Shown here: in pieces, positions 19,915 to 29,681 of the stretch
Layout of the letters: the number at the start of each line of letters is the position of its first letter
How positions within the stretch are numbered: the stretch's first letter is position 1
Virus record (IMG/VR): IMGVR_UViG_3300021373_002388
Span: 1 to 54,125 of that record
Direction: 5' to 3' (one strand)
DNA: 54,125 nt
DNA from: a virus
Taxonomy: Duplodnaviria > Caudoviricetes
The notes under the pieces: model-generated
The model's input: the letters and a program-made list of their open reading frames with translations, nothing else
Told to the model about the DNA's origin: nothing
The model's database searches: none
Translations under genes and position numbers: made by a program

Positions 19915-20380
19915 TTTAGAAACGGAAATCGCAATCGTCAAGAATGACGTAAACCAAATTGGGAGACTATTTAGTAAACTCGAAATTGCTCTGGATAAAA
20001 TTACTGACGTTAACGCTAGCATCGGTCAAATGTTGGCTGTCCACGAACAACGTCTTGTAGATTCGGAAAAGGAATTTGTTTACATAAAAAAGGAAATAGA
20101 TGCTGCAGATGAAAAAATGAACAATGAAATAAAAGAAATCCATTCACGACTAACCACCAATACAAGGGAAATTGAGCGGAAAATGTCAGACGAAATAGAT
20201 AAGGTATTAGCAGCAATTAAAGACCTGAAAAAATCTATAGATGATCACGAACAGGACGTAGAAGATCGTTTGGTTTCATTGGAGAAGTGGAGATGGATTA
20301 TCCTAGGTGCCTTTACTACTGGGGCTTTCCTGCTTGGCAACGGAGTGACATTTTCTAAAATATTGGGTATATTCGCTTGA
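19904..20380 (+). CDS. Coiled-coil protein with C-terminal TM helix
   Basis: LAVHEQRL...LEKWRW followed by hydrophobic segment. Confidence 0.65.
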   Translation: MSDNLETEIAIVKNDVNQIGRLFSKLEIALDKITDVNASIGQMLAVHEQRLVDSEKEFVYIKKEIDAADEKMNNEIKEIHSRLTTNTREIERKMSDEIDKVLAAIKDLKKSIDDHEQDVEDRLVSLEKWRWIILGAFTTGAFLLGNGVTFSKILGIFA

Positions 20381-20405
20381 CAGCCGCCTAAAAATTTAGT
20401 ATCAT
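20377..20405 (+). promoter_or_regulatory. sigma70-type promoter for primase (probably leaderless mRNA)
   Basis: TTGACA-N17-TATCAT, ATG 6 nt downstream. Confidence 0.6.
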
Positions 20406-20411
20406 TATATA

Positions 20412-21434
20412 ATGTCTTTATATATTGATCTAAAATACATAAATCAAATTTCCTTCAAACTAGACCGGTTTGCGAAAAAGCAGGATTACCTGTTCAATTT
20501 TCGCTGCCCGTATTGTGGGGATTCCCATACAAACAAGAATAAGGCTCGTGGATACATCTATCGTAAAAACAACGATATGTTCTACCGGTGCCATAATTGT
20601 CATGAGGGCACTACCTTTGGGAAGCTACTGGAACACGTAGACCCATTGCTGTATAAAGATTATGTGCTGGAGAAGTTCATCAAGAAAGATGACCCGAAAC
20701 CAGAGAAGAAGAACCCAGAGTTCGCATTTGATTTTAAACCGAAGTTTGATAAGCCTTTGTCTATCATTGATGGGCTCATGGACCGATTGGATATGTTACC
20801 CAGTGACCATGAGGCAGTTCGTTATGTGAAATCCCGCCAAATTCCAGAAGAACAGTTTTCTCGAATGTACTTTGTGGAAGACATTAGGAATCTCACAACA
20901 CTCAATCAAAAGTACAAGAAGCCCTTTGAAAAAATGGGAGCACAGCCACGGCTTGCATTACCATTCATCAGAGAAGACGGTCAGGTTGTCGGTTTGTGTT
21001 TGCGAGCCCTGCGTGGTGAAAAACTCAGATATATAAATCTTATTATCAAGGAAGAACTACAGGTCTACGGATTAGACACTGTAGATGTGGACAAGGAAGT
21101 TTTTGTTGTGGAGGGGCCTATTGACAGCCTCTTCCTCGACAACTCAATAGCATGTGTCGGTACTTCTTTTAATAAAGTTGACCACTTAAGACTGACACAT
21201 TTTACAATGATTTTTGATAACCAGCCTCGCAATAAAGAAGTGTGTGCTCTTATCAAAAAACAAATAGAGGCTGGGAATAAAATATGTCTTTGGCCTGATG
21301 TTGTTGAAGAAAAAGATATAAATGAAATGATTCTTTCTGGGCTATCTAAGGAAAACATAACTAAGATAATTCAGGATAATACATATCAAGGTCTTGAAGC
21401 AGAACTTGAGTTTGCAGAATGGAGGAAGTGTTGA
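20412..21434 (+). CDS. gp61: DNA primase (T4 gp61-like)
   Basis: Zn ribbon FRCPYCGDS...CHNC; TOPRIM VVEGPIDSLF, FDNQPRN, KDINEM. Confidence 0.96.
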   Translation: MSLYIDLKYINQISFKLDRFAKKQDYLFNFRCPYCGDSHTNKNKARGYIYRKNNDMFYRCHNCHEGTTFGKLLEHVDPLLYKDYVLEKFIKKDDPKPEKKNPEFAFDFKPKFDKPLSIIDGLMDRLDMLPSDHEAVRYVKSRQIPEEQFSRMYFVEDIRNLTTLNQKYKKPFEKMGAQPRLALPFIREDGQVVGLCLRALRGEKLRYINLIIKEELQVYGLDTVDVDKEVFVVEGPIDSLFLDNSIACVGTSFNKVDHLRLTHFTMIFDNQPRNKEVCALIKKQIEAGNKICLWPDVVEEKDINEMILSGLSKENITKIIQDNTYQGLEAELEFAEWRKC

Positions 21435-21577
21435 TGAGTGAATTTTTTGATTGGTTGATACTGGGTGGGAACGAAAGTATGAAGCCGCAGATCAGAAGCT
21501 GGACTATATGATCGAATTACTAGAAATGGAAGCAACAATCGCAGCCGCAGAGCTATCACAATAATAAGAGGAAGTAC

Positions 21578-23374
21578 ATGAAGAAAGAACATGTGGGGAT
21601 ACAAATAGATTTATCCCGTGACGAACTGTTTGACAAATTAGGCTTAAGTAGACTTAGAGAAAGCTACATGCAGGAAGACGAAGAGTCTCCTCAAGAAAGA
21701 TTTGCATATGTTAGTGCCAAGTTTGGTTCTAACCCAGAACACTCACAACGGCTGTATGAATACGCAAGTAAGCACTGGTTGTCATACTCGACACCAATTC
21801 TTTCTTTTGGTAAGACTAAGAAGGGACAACCAATTTCATGCTTCCTAAATTACATCGATGATACTGCACCCGGTCTTGTCGATAATCTTTCCGAGACCAA
21901 TTGGCTATCCATGTTGGGTGGTGGTGTAGGTATCGGTTTCGGTATCCGAGCCAGCGACGATAAGTCTGTTGGTGTGATGCCACACCTAAAAACTTACGAT
22001 GCATCTTCTCTGGCTTATCGGCAAGCAGGTCGGCGTGGTAGTATCGCAACGTATCTGGATATTTCTCACCCAGACATTTTAATGTATCTGGAAATGAGAA
22101 AGCCCACTGGTGACCAGAATGTTCGTGCATTAAATCTGCACCATGCGGTAAATATCCCTGACCGGTTTATGGAAATCGTTGAACGAGCCATGACTGACCC
22201 GGACGTTGATGACGGTTGGAACTTGGTGGACCCCCATTCAGGAGAAATTCGAGAGACCGTATCTGCCAAGAAACTTTGGCAAAAGCTTTTGGAATTGCGA
22301 ATGGAAACGGGTGAGCCGTACATCCATTTTATTGATGCCAGCAATCGTGCTCTACCAGAATTCCAGAAAAATTTGGGCTTGAAGATACACCAATCAAATT
22401 TGTGCAGTGAAATTCTTCTAGCCACAGACAAACTCCGAACCGCTGTTTGTTGTTTGTCATCATTGAACCTTGAGTACTATGACTCATGGTCTAAGAACAC
22501 ACAGTTTATCCGTGACGTAGCAGAAATGCTGGATAACGTTTTACAATATTTTATTGATCATGCTCCTGATTATGTGTCCCGAGCGGTTTACTCTGCAATG
22601 AGAGAACGTAGTATTGGTGTTGGCGAACTTGGCTGGCATGCGTATCTCCAGAGTAAGAACATTCCGTTCGAGAGTGCGATTGCTAAGGCTACTAATCTGA
22701 GGGTTGAGAAACATATCAGAGGAAAACTTGATGAAGCAAACTTGGAGCTTGGAAAAGAGCGCGGAGAGGCACCAGATGCAGAGGGCACTGGGCAACGATT
22801 TAGTCATGTACGGGCGATTGCACCGAACGCATCTAGTAGCATCATTATGGGCAACACTAGTCCATCAATTGAGCCGTTTCGGGCAAATGCTTACAGACAA
22901 GATACCATGTCTGGGGCTCATCTCAATAAAAATAAGTATCTGGTTAAGCTTATTCAAAGTAAGATTGAAGCTGGGGAAACTAAACAGGCAGAAGAAGAAA
23001 TCTGGTCTTCAATAATTTCAAACGATGGTTCAGTCCAGCACCTGAGATTTTTGGATGACTATGAAAAGGATGTATTTAAGACAGCCATGGAAATCGATCA
23101 GCGTTGGTTGGTTGAACATGCAGCTACCCGTCAAAAGTACATCGATCAGGGACAGTCCCTGAACCTGTTCTTCCGTCCAGATGTGAACATTAAATACCTG
23201 CATGCTGTTCATTACATGGCGTGGAAACAGGGACTCAAGACTTTGTACTACTGTCGTTCAGAGAAGGCAGCAAAGGCAGACCGAGTATCGAATCGAATTG
23301 AGAGACAAATTATCAAAGAGATTGATTTGAATGCAATGGTAGAAGAAGGAGAGTGCTTATCTTGTGAAGGATAG
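21578..23374 (+). CDS. nrdA: Class Ia ribonucleotide reductase alpha subunit (short, no ATP cone)
   Basis: STPIL, ISCFL, GGGVG, SNLCSEI, APNASSS, DQGQSLN, KTLYY, C-terminal CLSCEG. Confidence 0.97.
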   Translation: MKKEHVGIQIDLSRDELFDKLGLSRLRESYMQEDEESPQERFAYVSAKFGSNPEHSQRLYEYASKHWLSYSTPILSFGKTKKGQPISCFLNYIDDTAPGLVDNLSETNWLSMLGGGVGIGFGIRASDDKSVGVMPHLKTYDASSLAYRQAGRRGSIATYLDISHPDILMYLEMRKPTGDQNVRALNLHHAVNIPDRFMEIVERAMTDPDVDDGWNLVDPHSGEIRETVSAKKLWQKLLELRMETGEPYIHFIDASNRALPEFQKNLGLKIHQSNLCSEILLATDKLRTAVCCLSSLNLEYYDSWSKNTQFIRDVAEMLDNVLQYFIDHAPDYVSRAVYSAMRERSIGVGELGWHAYLQSKNIPFESAIAKATNLRVEKHIRGKLDEANLELGKERGEAPDAEGTGQRFSHVRAIAPNASSSIIMGNTSPSIEPFRANAYRQDTMSGAHLNKNKYLVKLIQSKIEAGETKQAEEEIWSSIISNDGSVQHLRFLDDYEKDVFKTAMEIDQRWLVEHAATRQKYIDQGQSLNLFFRPDVNIKYLHAVHYMAWKQGLKTLYYCRSEKAAKADRVSNRIERQIIKEIDLNAMVEEGECLSCEG

Positions 23375-23400
23375 CGAAGGTTAAGTTTTTATAATGAGAG

Positions 23401-24015
23401 GGTAGAACAATTAACGACATAACATTAGAGTACATAGACAGTTGTATCCCACCAGACCAGCCAATTGGTGTTATGGTTTCTGGTGGGATTGACAGTGCTA
23501 CGCTTTGGTATGCTGCGAAGAAGATTTGTCTTGAGCGTGGGCAGGAATGTCTGCCATACAGTATAGCCAAGCTTGATGGTGCCGAGTATCATGCCACTAG
23601 TGTTATGATTGTCACCTGTAAGCTCCTAGGAATCCCTCTGATAAAAACTAAGATGGTTGGTGAGGTAACCGATGACCACTGTGAAACGACTGTCTCAGGG
23701 ATTCGTGAGGTCGCTCAGATGGGTAAGTATGTGTTGGCAGGAGATACAGCATATTTCCCAGATTTGGACCCCGGATTTGATTTGCTACCAAGAAACAGAG
23801 CACCCGAAAACCACCCAGTTTTTCAACCTTATTTCGATTTAACTAAAGAAAAAACGATAAAATTTGCAAAAAACTTAGGTATTTTGGACGTTCTTATGTT
23901 AGTGACCCATTCATGCACCGAACGGAGCATATCACGCTGTAAAAAGTGTTATTGGTGTAGGGAGCGTGAACTGGCTTTCAATAAACTTGGTATTGTGGAT
24001 GGAGGTTCAGCATGA
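23401..24015 (+). CDS. QueC-like PP-loop ATPase (7-cyano-7-deazaguanine synthase-like); start uncertain
   Basis: SGGIDS PP-loop; THSC...C..C..C.ER Zn motif; frame open from 23398 but first ATG at 23473. Confidence 0.65.
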   Translation, partial: GRTINDITLEYIDSCIPPDQPIGVMVSGGIDSATLWYAAKKICLERGQECLPYSIAKLDGAEYHATSVMIVTCKLLGIPLIKTKMVGEVTDDHCETTVSGIREVAQMGKYVLAGDTAYFPDLDPGFDLLPRNRAPENHPVFQPYFDLTKEKTIKFAKNLGILDVLMLVTHSCTERSISRCKKCYWCRERELAFNKLGIVDGGSA

Positions 24016-24407
24016 ATGTCTGGAATTATTTAACGATGATGGTGGTTTGTCTTATGATTGTTGCACTATCATTTATTGGAAAAATGGATGTGTCAGAATC
24101 AGAGCCAGAACAGTCGCTAATAATGTCGGCGGTATCCTGTTCTGCAAATGAGGCTAAAAACCAATTGAAGATTTCTTGTGAGGCAACCAGTTGGGGTAGG
24201 TGGGAAATCTTTTACGTGTACGATAATGAAATAGTATTCAAAGAGGCTGACGTATATAATGATAGTGTGGGGGTAGTATTTTCCACGAACCCAGTAGAAC
24301 TATTTGTCGTTTACTTCGATGAGGGTGGGGAGAAAAATGAAGTCTGGTTGCAGATTGAAAGCACTCTAAAAAGTTGTGCCCCAGTTAATAGTTGTTATAT
24401 TCCATGA
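24012..24407 (+). CDS. Hypothetical protein with N-terminal signal/TM
   Basis: ATGA-coupled; hydrophobic N-terminus. Confidence 0.55.
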   Translation: MNVWNYLTMMVVCLMIVALSFIGKMDVSESEPEQSLIMSAVSCSANEAKNQLKISCEATSWGRWEIFYVYDNEIVFKEADVYNDSVGVVFSTNPVELFVVYFDEGGEKNEVWLQIESTLKSCAPVNSCYIP

Positions 24408-25033
24408 TTGTAAGAGTTAATAGTCATTATCCAATCGAAGACATGATTGAGTTTTGTAATGCTGCTATCGATATAAAGAAGCCAGCAACGATTAATTTGG
24501 AAACCGATGATTGGGAGAATAACCCGCACACTCTTCTCTATGCGTTATACATAGAGAGGCGATATGACGGTGATAGGTCAGGCTATCTGGTCTGTCGGGA
24601 AAATGATAAGGTTGTCGCTGGTGCTGGTTGGTCTCCTTGCGTGATAGACCCCCAGATGTACGTGCAGTCAAGATCGTTTGTGGTCAACTCTATGAACTTT
24701 CACAGACTATCATTCGCAATTTCAGACTATGCATTTTACAGCCAGTATAAAGGTGGGGTACTAACATTTGAACCTCATAACTATGAATTTATGATGCGTC
24801 TCGTGGACCTTCAGGCAGCACACGCTTTCGACCCTTATTATGAAAAAGATCGGGTATGTGGGAGAGTGTTCAGACACACTTATAAAAAACAAAAAACCCG
24901 GTGTCTACCACTAATGCTATATCCAGCCCCGGTGAATTATAGATACTGCAAACAATTTTTAGTTGCACATTTTTTTGATGAAAATTATCGAGAAACTTTT
25001 GTGAGGAAAGTTGCAATACATGAGACGGTTTAG
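24404..25033 (+). CDS. Hypothetical protein (GNAT-like fold possible)
   Basis: ATGA-coupled; YLVCRENDKVVAGAG beta pattern. Confidence 0.55.
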   Translation: MIVRVNSHYPIEDMIEFCNAAIDIKKPATINLETDDWENNPHTLLYALYIERRYDGDRSGYLVCRENDKVVAGAGWSPCVIDPQMYVQSRSFVVNSMNFHRLSFAISDYAFYSQYKGGVLTFEPHNYEFMMRLVDLQAAHAFDPYYEKDRVCGRVFRHTYKKQKTRCLPLMLYPAPVNYRYCKQFLVAHFFDENYRETFVRKVAIHETV

Positions 25034-25631
25034 ACGTTGGGATGAAGACCCTATTTATGAAATTGATTATGACGATTGGAATAACTCTATTGCTTTGTTT
25101 GGTGACTCCACGACATATGGAAGGGGGTTACCGGAGAGAGACCGATTACATAATAAACTAAACAGTGAAAGGCCGGTAAATAATTTTTCTTATCCCGGTC
25201 ACTCGAACGAACATATTTTTAAACGTATTGTTGATGTGGTAAGTGAGCATGGGTTTCCCCATGCAATAGTTGTTGGGTGGACTTCAAGTAAAAGAATGAC
25301 TGTCATTGATGAGGCTACAGATTGCATGGAGCCATTGGGCATTTGGACAGGCAAGCAAAATTCTGGTTATGATCTTTTCATTACTATGATGAGCGAGTTC
25401 CCAAAGACCTTAGTATCAAGGACAGAAGACATTGTTAAAGCTACTCGACTGATGTGCCAAGATAAGTGCATATTGAAAGAGTGGACTATATTTGAGATAC
25501 CATTCATGGTGGGAATCCCGAACGAAGAAACCGGGATACACTATCAAGAAAGAATTGATTTCGGATACGATGACATGCACCCCGGACCAAAAACCATAAC
25601 AGAAATTAGTAAATATATAGGAACGATATAA
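25020..25631 (+). CDS. SGNH/GDSL hydrolase-like protein
   Basis: FGDSTTYG, NFSYPGHSN, DDMHPG. Confidence 0.75.
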   Translation: MRRFRRWDEDPIYEIDYDDWNNSIALFGDSTTYGRGLPERDRLHNKLNSERPVNNFSYPGHSNEHIFKRIVDVVSEHGFPHAIVVGWTSSKRMTVIDEATDCMEPLGIWTGKQNSGYDLFITMMSEFPKTLVSRTEDIVKATRLMCQDKCILKEWTIFEIPFMVGIPNEETGIHYQERIDFGYDDMHPGPKTITEISKYIGTI

Positions 25632-26603
25632 ATGGCCCTAACACTCACAGACGAAAGACCCTATTTCAAACCATTCCAATATTCATGGGCATATGATGCT
25701 TGGTTGAAACACGAACAGTCCCACTGGCTGATGACTGAGGTACCAATGCAGGAAGACGTTAAGGATTGGCAGACCAGACTCACAGACGCTGAGAAAGCCT
25801 TCCTTACAAACATCTTTCGCTTCTTCACACAGGGTGACATTGACGTTGCCGGTGCTTATGTAAACAACTATCTACCACACTTCCCACAACCAGAAGTGCG
25901 TATGATGTTGCTTGGGTTTGCAGCACGAGAAGCACTGCACGTTGCGGCATATTCTCATTTGATCGAAACTTTGGGTATGCCAGAGTCTACGTATCAAGAA
26001 TTTCTTGAGTATGAATCAATGGCAGAGAAGCATGATTACTTCCAAGGGCTTTCCATGGAAACACAGGACAAACAACAGATTGCAGTGAACATTGCTGCGT
26101 TTTCGGCATTTACTGAAGGTATGCAGTTGTTCTCTTCGTTCATCATGTTGTTGAATTTCCCACGACACGGAAAGATGAAAGGCATGGGGCAAATCGTTAC
26201 ATGGTCTATTGTAGATGAGACCCAACACGCAGAGAACATGATCAAGTTGTTCCGAGAATATGTGAATGAAAATCTTGAAGTCTGGAATGACGAGACTAAA
26301 AGTAAGATATATACCATTGCAGAAAAAATGGTAGAACTGGAAGATAAGTTTATTGATCTGGCATTTGCCATGGGTGACATGGAAGAGTTGACTGCAGAGG
26401 ATGTTAAGAAGTACATCCGTTACATTGCAGATCGACGCTTGATCAGTCTTGGTCTCAAGGGAATCTTCCGTATTAAGAAGAATCCATTGCTGTGGGTGGA
26501 GGAAATGATTAACGCTCCTATTCACACAAACTTTTTTGAGAATCGTTCTACGGATTACGCTCGTGGGGCATTAACAGGAGATTGGGGAGACGTTTGGGCA
26601 TGA
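25632..26603 (+). CDS. nrdB: Class Ia ribonucleotide reductase beta subunit
   Basis: FKPFQY, FFTQGD, EALHVAAYS, FTEG, DETQH, NFFE. Confidence 0.97.
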   Translation: MALTLTDERPYFKPFQYSWAYDAWLKHEQSHWLMTEVPMQEDVKDWQTRLTDAEKAFLTNIFRFFTQGDIDVAGAYVNNYLPHFPQPEVRMMLLGFAAREALHVAAYSHLIETLGMPESTYQEFLEYESMAEKHDYFQGLSMETQDKQQIAVNIAAFSAFTEGMQLFSSFIMLLNFPRHGKMKGMGQIVTWSIVDETQHAENMIKLFREYVNENLEVWNDETKSKIYTIAEKMVELEDKFIDLAFAMGDMEELTAEDVKKYIRYIADRRLISLGLKGIFRIKKNPLLWVEEMINAPIHTNFFENRSTDYARGALTGDWGDVWA

Positions 26604-27046
26604 AGAAAGTTTGGATAGATTATTTTGCCAAAATTGCAAAAGAGACTGCGGCTATGTCTTATGCAAACAGGTTGAAAGTTGGTTGTGTAATCGTCAAGGA
26701 AAACGCACAAGGACATTATAATATCATATCAATCGGGTATAACGGTATGCCCAGTGGTTGGGAAAATGTTTGTGAAGACACTATTGACACAGGCACTAAC
26801 ATTTATTATCAGACCAAACCAGAAGTGATGCATGCAGAGCGGAATGCTTTGGATAAGGTTACAAGATCAACTGAGTCTAGTGAGGGTGCGGTTGCATTTA
26901 CTACAACTGAACCGTGTTTGGAATGTGCTAAGAGTCTTTTTGCTGCGGGGATTAAGGAAGTATATTATATCGATGCTTACGATAGGGTACCCAATGTCGG
27001 TATAAACTTTTTGGAAAAGTCAGGTGTTAAAGTATGTCAGATTTGA
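26600..27046 (+). CDS. cd: dCMP deaminase
   Basis: KVGCVIV, GYNG, HAERNA, PCLEC. Confidence 0.93.
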   Translation: MKKVWIDYFAKIAKETAAMSYANRLKVGCVIVKENAQGHYNIISIGYNGMPSGWENVCEDTIDTGTNIYYQTKPEVMHAERNALDKVTRSTESSEGAVAFTTTEPCLECAKSLFAAGIKEVYYIDAYDRVPNVGINFLEKSGVKVCQI

Positions 27047-27213
27047 AAGTAGAAAAAATAATTGAGTGTGAACATTGTAATACTGAGTTCACGGTAACCC
27101 ACAACATGTCAGAACATCACTATATGGTAGGTTTCTGCTGTTTCTGTGGGTATGAGTTGGAAGTTGAAGTGACCCTAGATGATTTCGTGGGTCTTGATGA
27201 AGAGAACTTCTAA
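27034..27213 (+). CDS. Small Zn-ribbon protein (59 aa, absent from ORF track)
   Basis: MSDLKVEKIIECEHC...FCCFCG...acidic tail; TAATG-coupled to next gene. Confidence 0.7.
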   Translation: MSDLKVEKIIECEHCNTEFTVTHNMSEHHYMVGFCCFCGYELEVEVTLDDFVGLDEENF

Positions 27214-27482
27214 TGCAAGGTCAGTGGCAGGGTGGAAAGGGTTCTGGAAAAAGAAAGAGCCAGATCAGTTACAAGGAAGAGTGTATTCGCTATGACTTGT
27301 CGTTTTGTGATATGCCAGACCCAGTAGATTGTAAGAAGTGTGGGTGGAAACCTTCAATAGTACAAAGTAAAGATGATTTGTTTAGAGTTCATTGTGCGAA
27401 TCTTCCATGCGAAATGAAAGTCGAAGAGACCAGCCACTCACTCAAAGAAGCCACCATTCGATGGAATTATGAAAATAAGTAA
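27213..27482 (+). CDS. Hypothetical Cys-containing protein (Lar-like Zn motif possible)
   Basis: CKKCG...VHC...C...EA..RWN. Confidence 0.55.
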   Translation: MQGQWQGGKGSGKRKSQISYKEECIRYDLSFCDMPDPVDCKKCGWKPSIVQSKDDLFRVHCANLPCEMKVEETSHSLKEATIRWNYENK

Positions 27483-27490
27483 TATAAATA
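27483..27490 (+). promoter_or_regulatory. T4-type late promoter TATAAATA
   Basis: Exact consensus before GGAGG RBS. Confidence 0.7.
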
Positions 27491-27515
27491 GTGTATTGGA
27501 GGGTTTCAATGCACT

Positions 27516-27863
27516 ATGGCTAAGAAAAAAACAAGAAAAAAGAAAGAGCCTCAGATACACAGAGTTTACGTTACAACGTTTCCAGACGGTACCTACTACA
27601 TAGGTTATTCTGGAAAACCTCAACATCTTTATGAGAAGTATTATGGTAGCTCCAAGTATGTTCTGGAGTATGAAGGTGAATTGGAAAAAGAAACCATCGC
27701 AGAATACTCCAAGAAATCTCATGCAAAATGTGTTGAGGCAATTTTACAATGGGAAAATAGGCATGACCCTAGAATGTTGAATGACATGTGGAATGTAAGG
27801 CTTAGGCTCTCGCATCTAAGCGATTTAGAAATACCTAACTGGAGACCAAAATGTTCTTTATAG
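27516..27863 (+). CDS. Small GIY-YIG-like nuclease domain protein
   Basis: RVY...YYIGYS, YYGSS, E and N catalytic positions; no DNA-binding tail. Confidence 0.65.
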   Translation: MAKKKTRKKKEPQIHRVYVTTFPDGTYYIGYSGKPQHLYEKYYGSSKYVLEYEGELEKETIAEYSKKSHAKCVEAILQWENRHDPRMLNDMWNVRLRLSHLSDLEIPNWRPKCSL

Positions 27864-28852
27864 CACTATTACTATTTTCAGCACTAGCAGTATCCTCAGT
27901 AGCAGGATACTTTTCTATTGTGGGATTAATGGCTATTTTCCCTGCAGCCTCGACAGAAATCTTGGCTATGGGTGTTGTGTTAGAAGTGGCAAAACTAGTA
28001 ACTGCCTCGTGGGTATATCGATACTGGCACGTAGGGTACAAGGGACTCAAATCTTATTTCATAGCAGCCGTTGTGGTGCTGTCAATCGTTACATCCATGG
28101 GCATCTTTGGATTTCTATCCAAGGCTCATTTAGAACACAGTGTGACCGTAGGGGACAATACATTACAGATCGAACGGCTGGACCGTCAGATTGCTTCTGA
28201 ACAGCGAAGAATAAATGATGCTCAGACGGTCCTAGATCAGCTAGATGAAACAGTACAGACCTTGATTGACTATGATCGTATTCGGGGAGAGGATGGCGCA
28301 GTGGCTACCAGAGAGCGCCAGTCGGAAGAGCGTCAAGAACTAAACGGGGCTATTGATTCTGCCCAGACCCAGATCGATGGGATTAATGAGCGGAAACTGG
28401 TACTGGAACAAGAACAGCTTGCAGTAGAGGTTGAGGTAGGCCCAATCCTGTACATTGCAGAACTTTTTTACGGAAATTCCGAAAAAGAAACTATTGACAA
28501 AGCAGTGCGTTTTATGATACTCTTGTTAATATGCGTATTTGACCCACTTGCAATTCTGTTGGTGATCGCCACCAATATAAGCTTGAAAGAGCGCAGGGGT
28601 GAGTCAATAACATTCGTCGATAATAATGTGGTTAAGAAGCCGGTTGACTTCGGTTTACCCGAGGCATCTGAACCACCACCAATGCCCGAGGTTCCTCCAG
28701 CAAAGGACTCGGAGGTTGAAATCGATGAAAATTCCCCAGAATTCAATCAGGCTGAGAAGGATTATGTCTTGAGGACGGTTGATAGACGATTGAGGAAAAA
28801 ACTAGGTTGGTTAATTGATCAAAAAGGAGAAAATAATGAGTCAGAAAGTTGA
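27851..28852 (+). CDS. Membrane protein with long coiled coil (conserved in T4-like phages)
   Basis: Three N-terminal TMs, LEVAKLV, TSMGIFGFLSKAH, EVGP, VFDPLA. Confidence 0.75.
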   Translation: MFFIALLLFSALAVSSVAGYFSIVGLMAIFPAASTEILAMGVVLEVAKLVTASWVYRYWHVGYKGLKSYFIAAVVVLSIVTSMGIFGFLSKAHLEHSVTVGDNTLQIERLDRQIASEQRRINDAQTVLDQLDETVQTLIDYDRIRGEDGAVATRERQSEERQELNGAIDSAQTQIDGINERKLVLEQEQLAVEVEVGPILYIAELFYGNSEKETIDKAVRFMILLLICVFDPLAILLVIATNISLKERRGESITFVDNNVVKKPVDFGLPEASEPPPMPEVPPAKDSEVEIDENSPEFNQAEKDYVLRTVDRRLRKKLGWLIDQKGENNESES

Positions 28853-29129
28853 GAAGGATGCCATTGTATCCATGATTACTACAGTCGGTGAGTTTGTTGG
28901 TCGGCTAAAGCAGGAAAGTGAGACAGAAATTGTCTTGACACGACCCCGTATTGTGATGCATAATAAGGATGGTATGGGTTTCGGTGCTGGAATCGCCATG
29001 ACAGGCGTTGAGGAACCAGAAGAAGCCATTTTTTATAAAACTAACGTGGTGTTCATGAACAAGACTAACGAAGCAATTGAGAAGGCTTGGACCACTTTTA
29101 CCAGTGGGATTGAAATCGCCACCCCTTAA
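28836..29129 (+). CDS. Hypothetical protein (Sm-like fold possible)
   Basis: AGGAG RBS; GEFVGRL...ends TSGI. Confidence 0.6.
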   Translation: MSQKVEKDAIVSMITTVGEFVGRLKQESETEIVLTRPRIVMHNKDGMGFGAGIAMTGVEEPEEAIFYKTNVVFMNKTNEAIEKAWTTFTSGIEIATP

Positions 29130-29141
29130 GGAGTGATTGTT

Positions 29142-29447
29142 ATGCCAAATGTGACTGAATTTCTAGATCGACGCAATGAAACTGAATGGCAGGGGGAAGC
29201 TAAAAATCTTCTGCGTATGTTCAATTGCATCATTGTTTTTCAGAAAGTAGATGGTTCTATCCGTGAACTGGTGGGGACGTTGCGTTCTGATGTTCTACCA
29301 GAGTTTTCTGATTCCGGTAGACCTAAACCCCCACCCCGCAATGACCAAATGAAGGTCTATGACGTTGAGAGTGAAGGCTGGCGAGCAGTGAAGTATGACA
29401 AGATCATCAGCTTCAAGGTTCTACCCAACGCTAAAAATGAGGGTTGA
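29142..29447 (+). CDS. SH3-like beta-barrel protein (DUF2693/WYL_2-like)
   Basis: FQKVDGSIRELVGTL, VYDVE..GWR. Confidence 0.7.
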   Translation: MPNVTEFLDRRNETEWQGEAKNLLRMFNCIIVFQKVDGSIRELVGTLRSDVLPEFSDSGRPKPPPRNDQMKVYDVESEGWRAVKYDKIISFKVLPNAKNEG

Positions 29448-29472
29448 CAGCCGTTTAATCATTTGATATAAT
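29444..29472 (+). promoter_or_regulatory. sigma70-type promoter, perfect consensus
   Basis: TTGACA-N17-TATAAT. Confidence 0.85.
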
Positions 29473-29497
29473 GGTGTTTTAATGATGGGGGTATATT

Positions 29498-29680
29498 ATG
29501 ACTAAGAAGACAGGTAATGCTTTCCTAGACAGAATTATCTATGAGGAAGAGGCTAAGACCAAACAGTGTGCTGTGATTGGTTGTACTGAACAAGCTACAC
29601 ACACATGGTCTGGGCATCCCACATGCGATAAGTGTGGTCTTCCGGGTCGTAAGAGTCTCCCCTTTCCGAGAGTGATATAA
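29498..29680 (+). CDS. Small Cys-rich hypothetical protein
   Basis: CAVIGC...CDKC. Confidence 0.55.
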   Translation: MTKKTGNAFLDRIIYEEEAKTKQCAVIGCTEQATHTWSGHPTCDKCGLPGRKSLPFPRVI

Positions 29681-29681
29681 T

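Noticed and set aside
21434-21564. Frameshifted small gene between primase and nrdA
   Set aside because: Two short frames (25 aa from ATG 21434, 37 aa from TTG 21451); a -1 slip on the T run meets TGA; cannot support a call
2759-26603. Introns, inteins or stop-codon recoding in gp43, gp41, nrdA, nrdB
   Set aside because: Genes are contiguous, of expected length and end in standard stop codons
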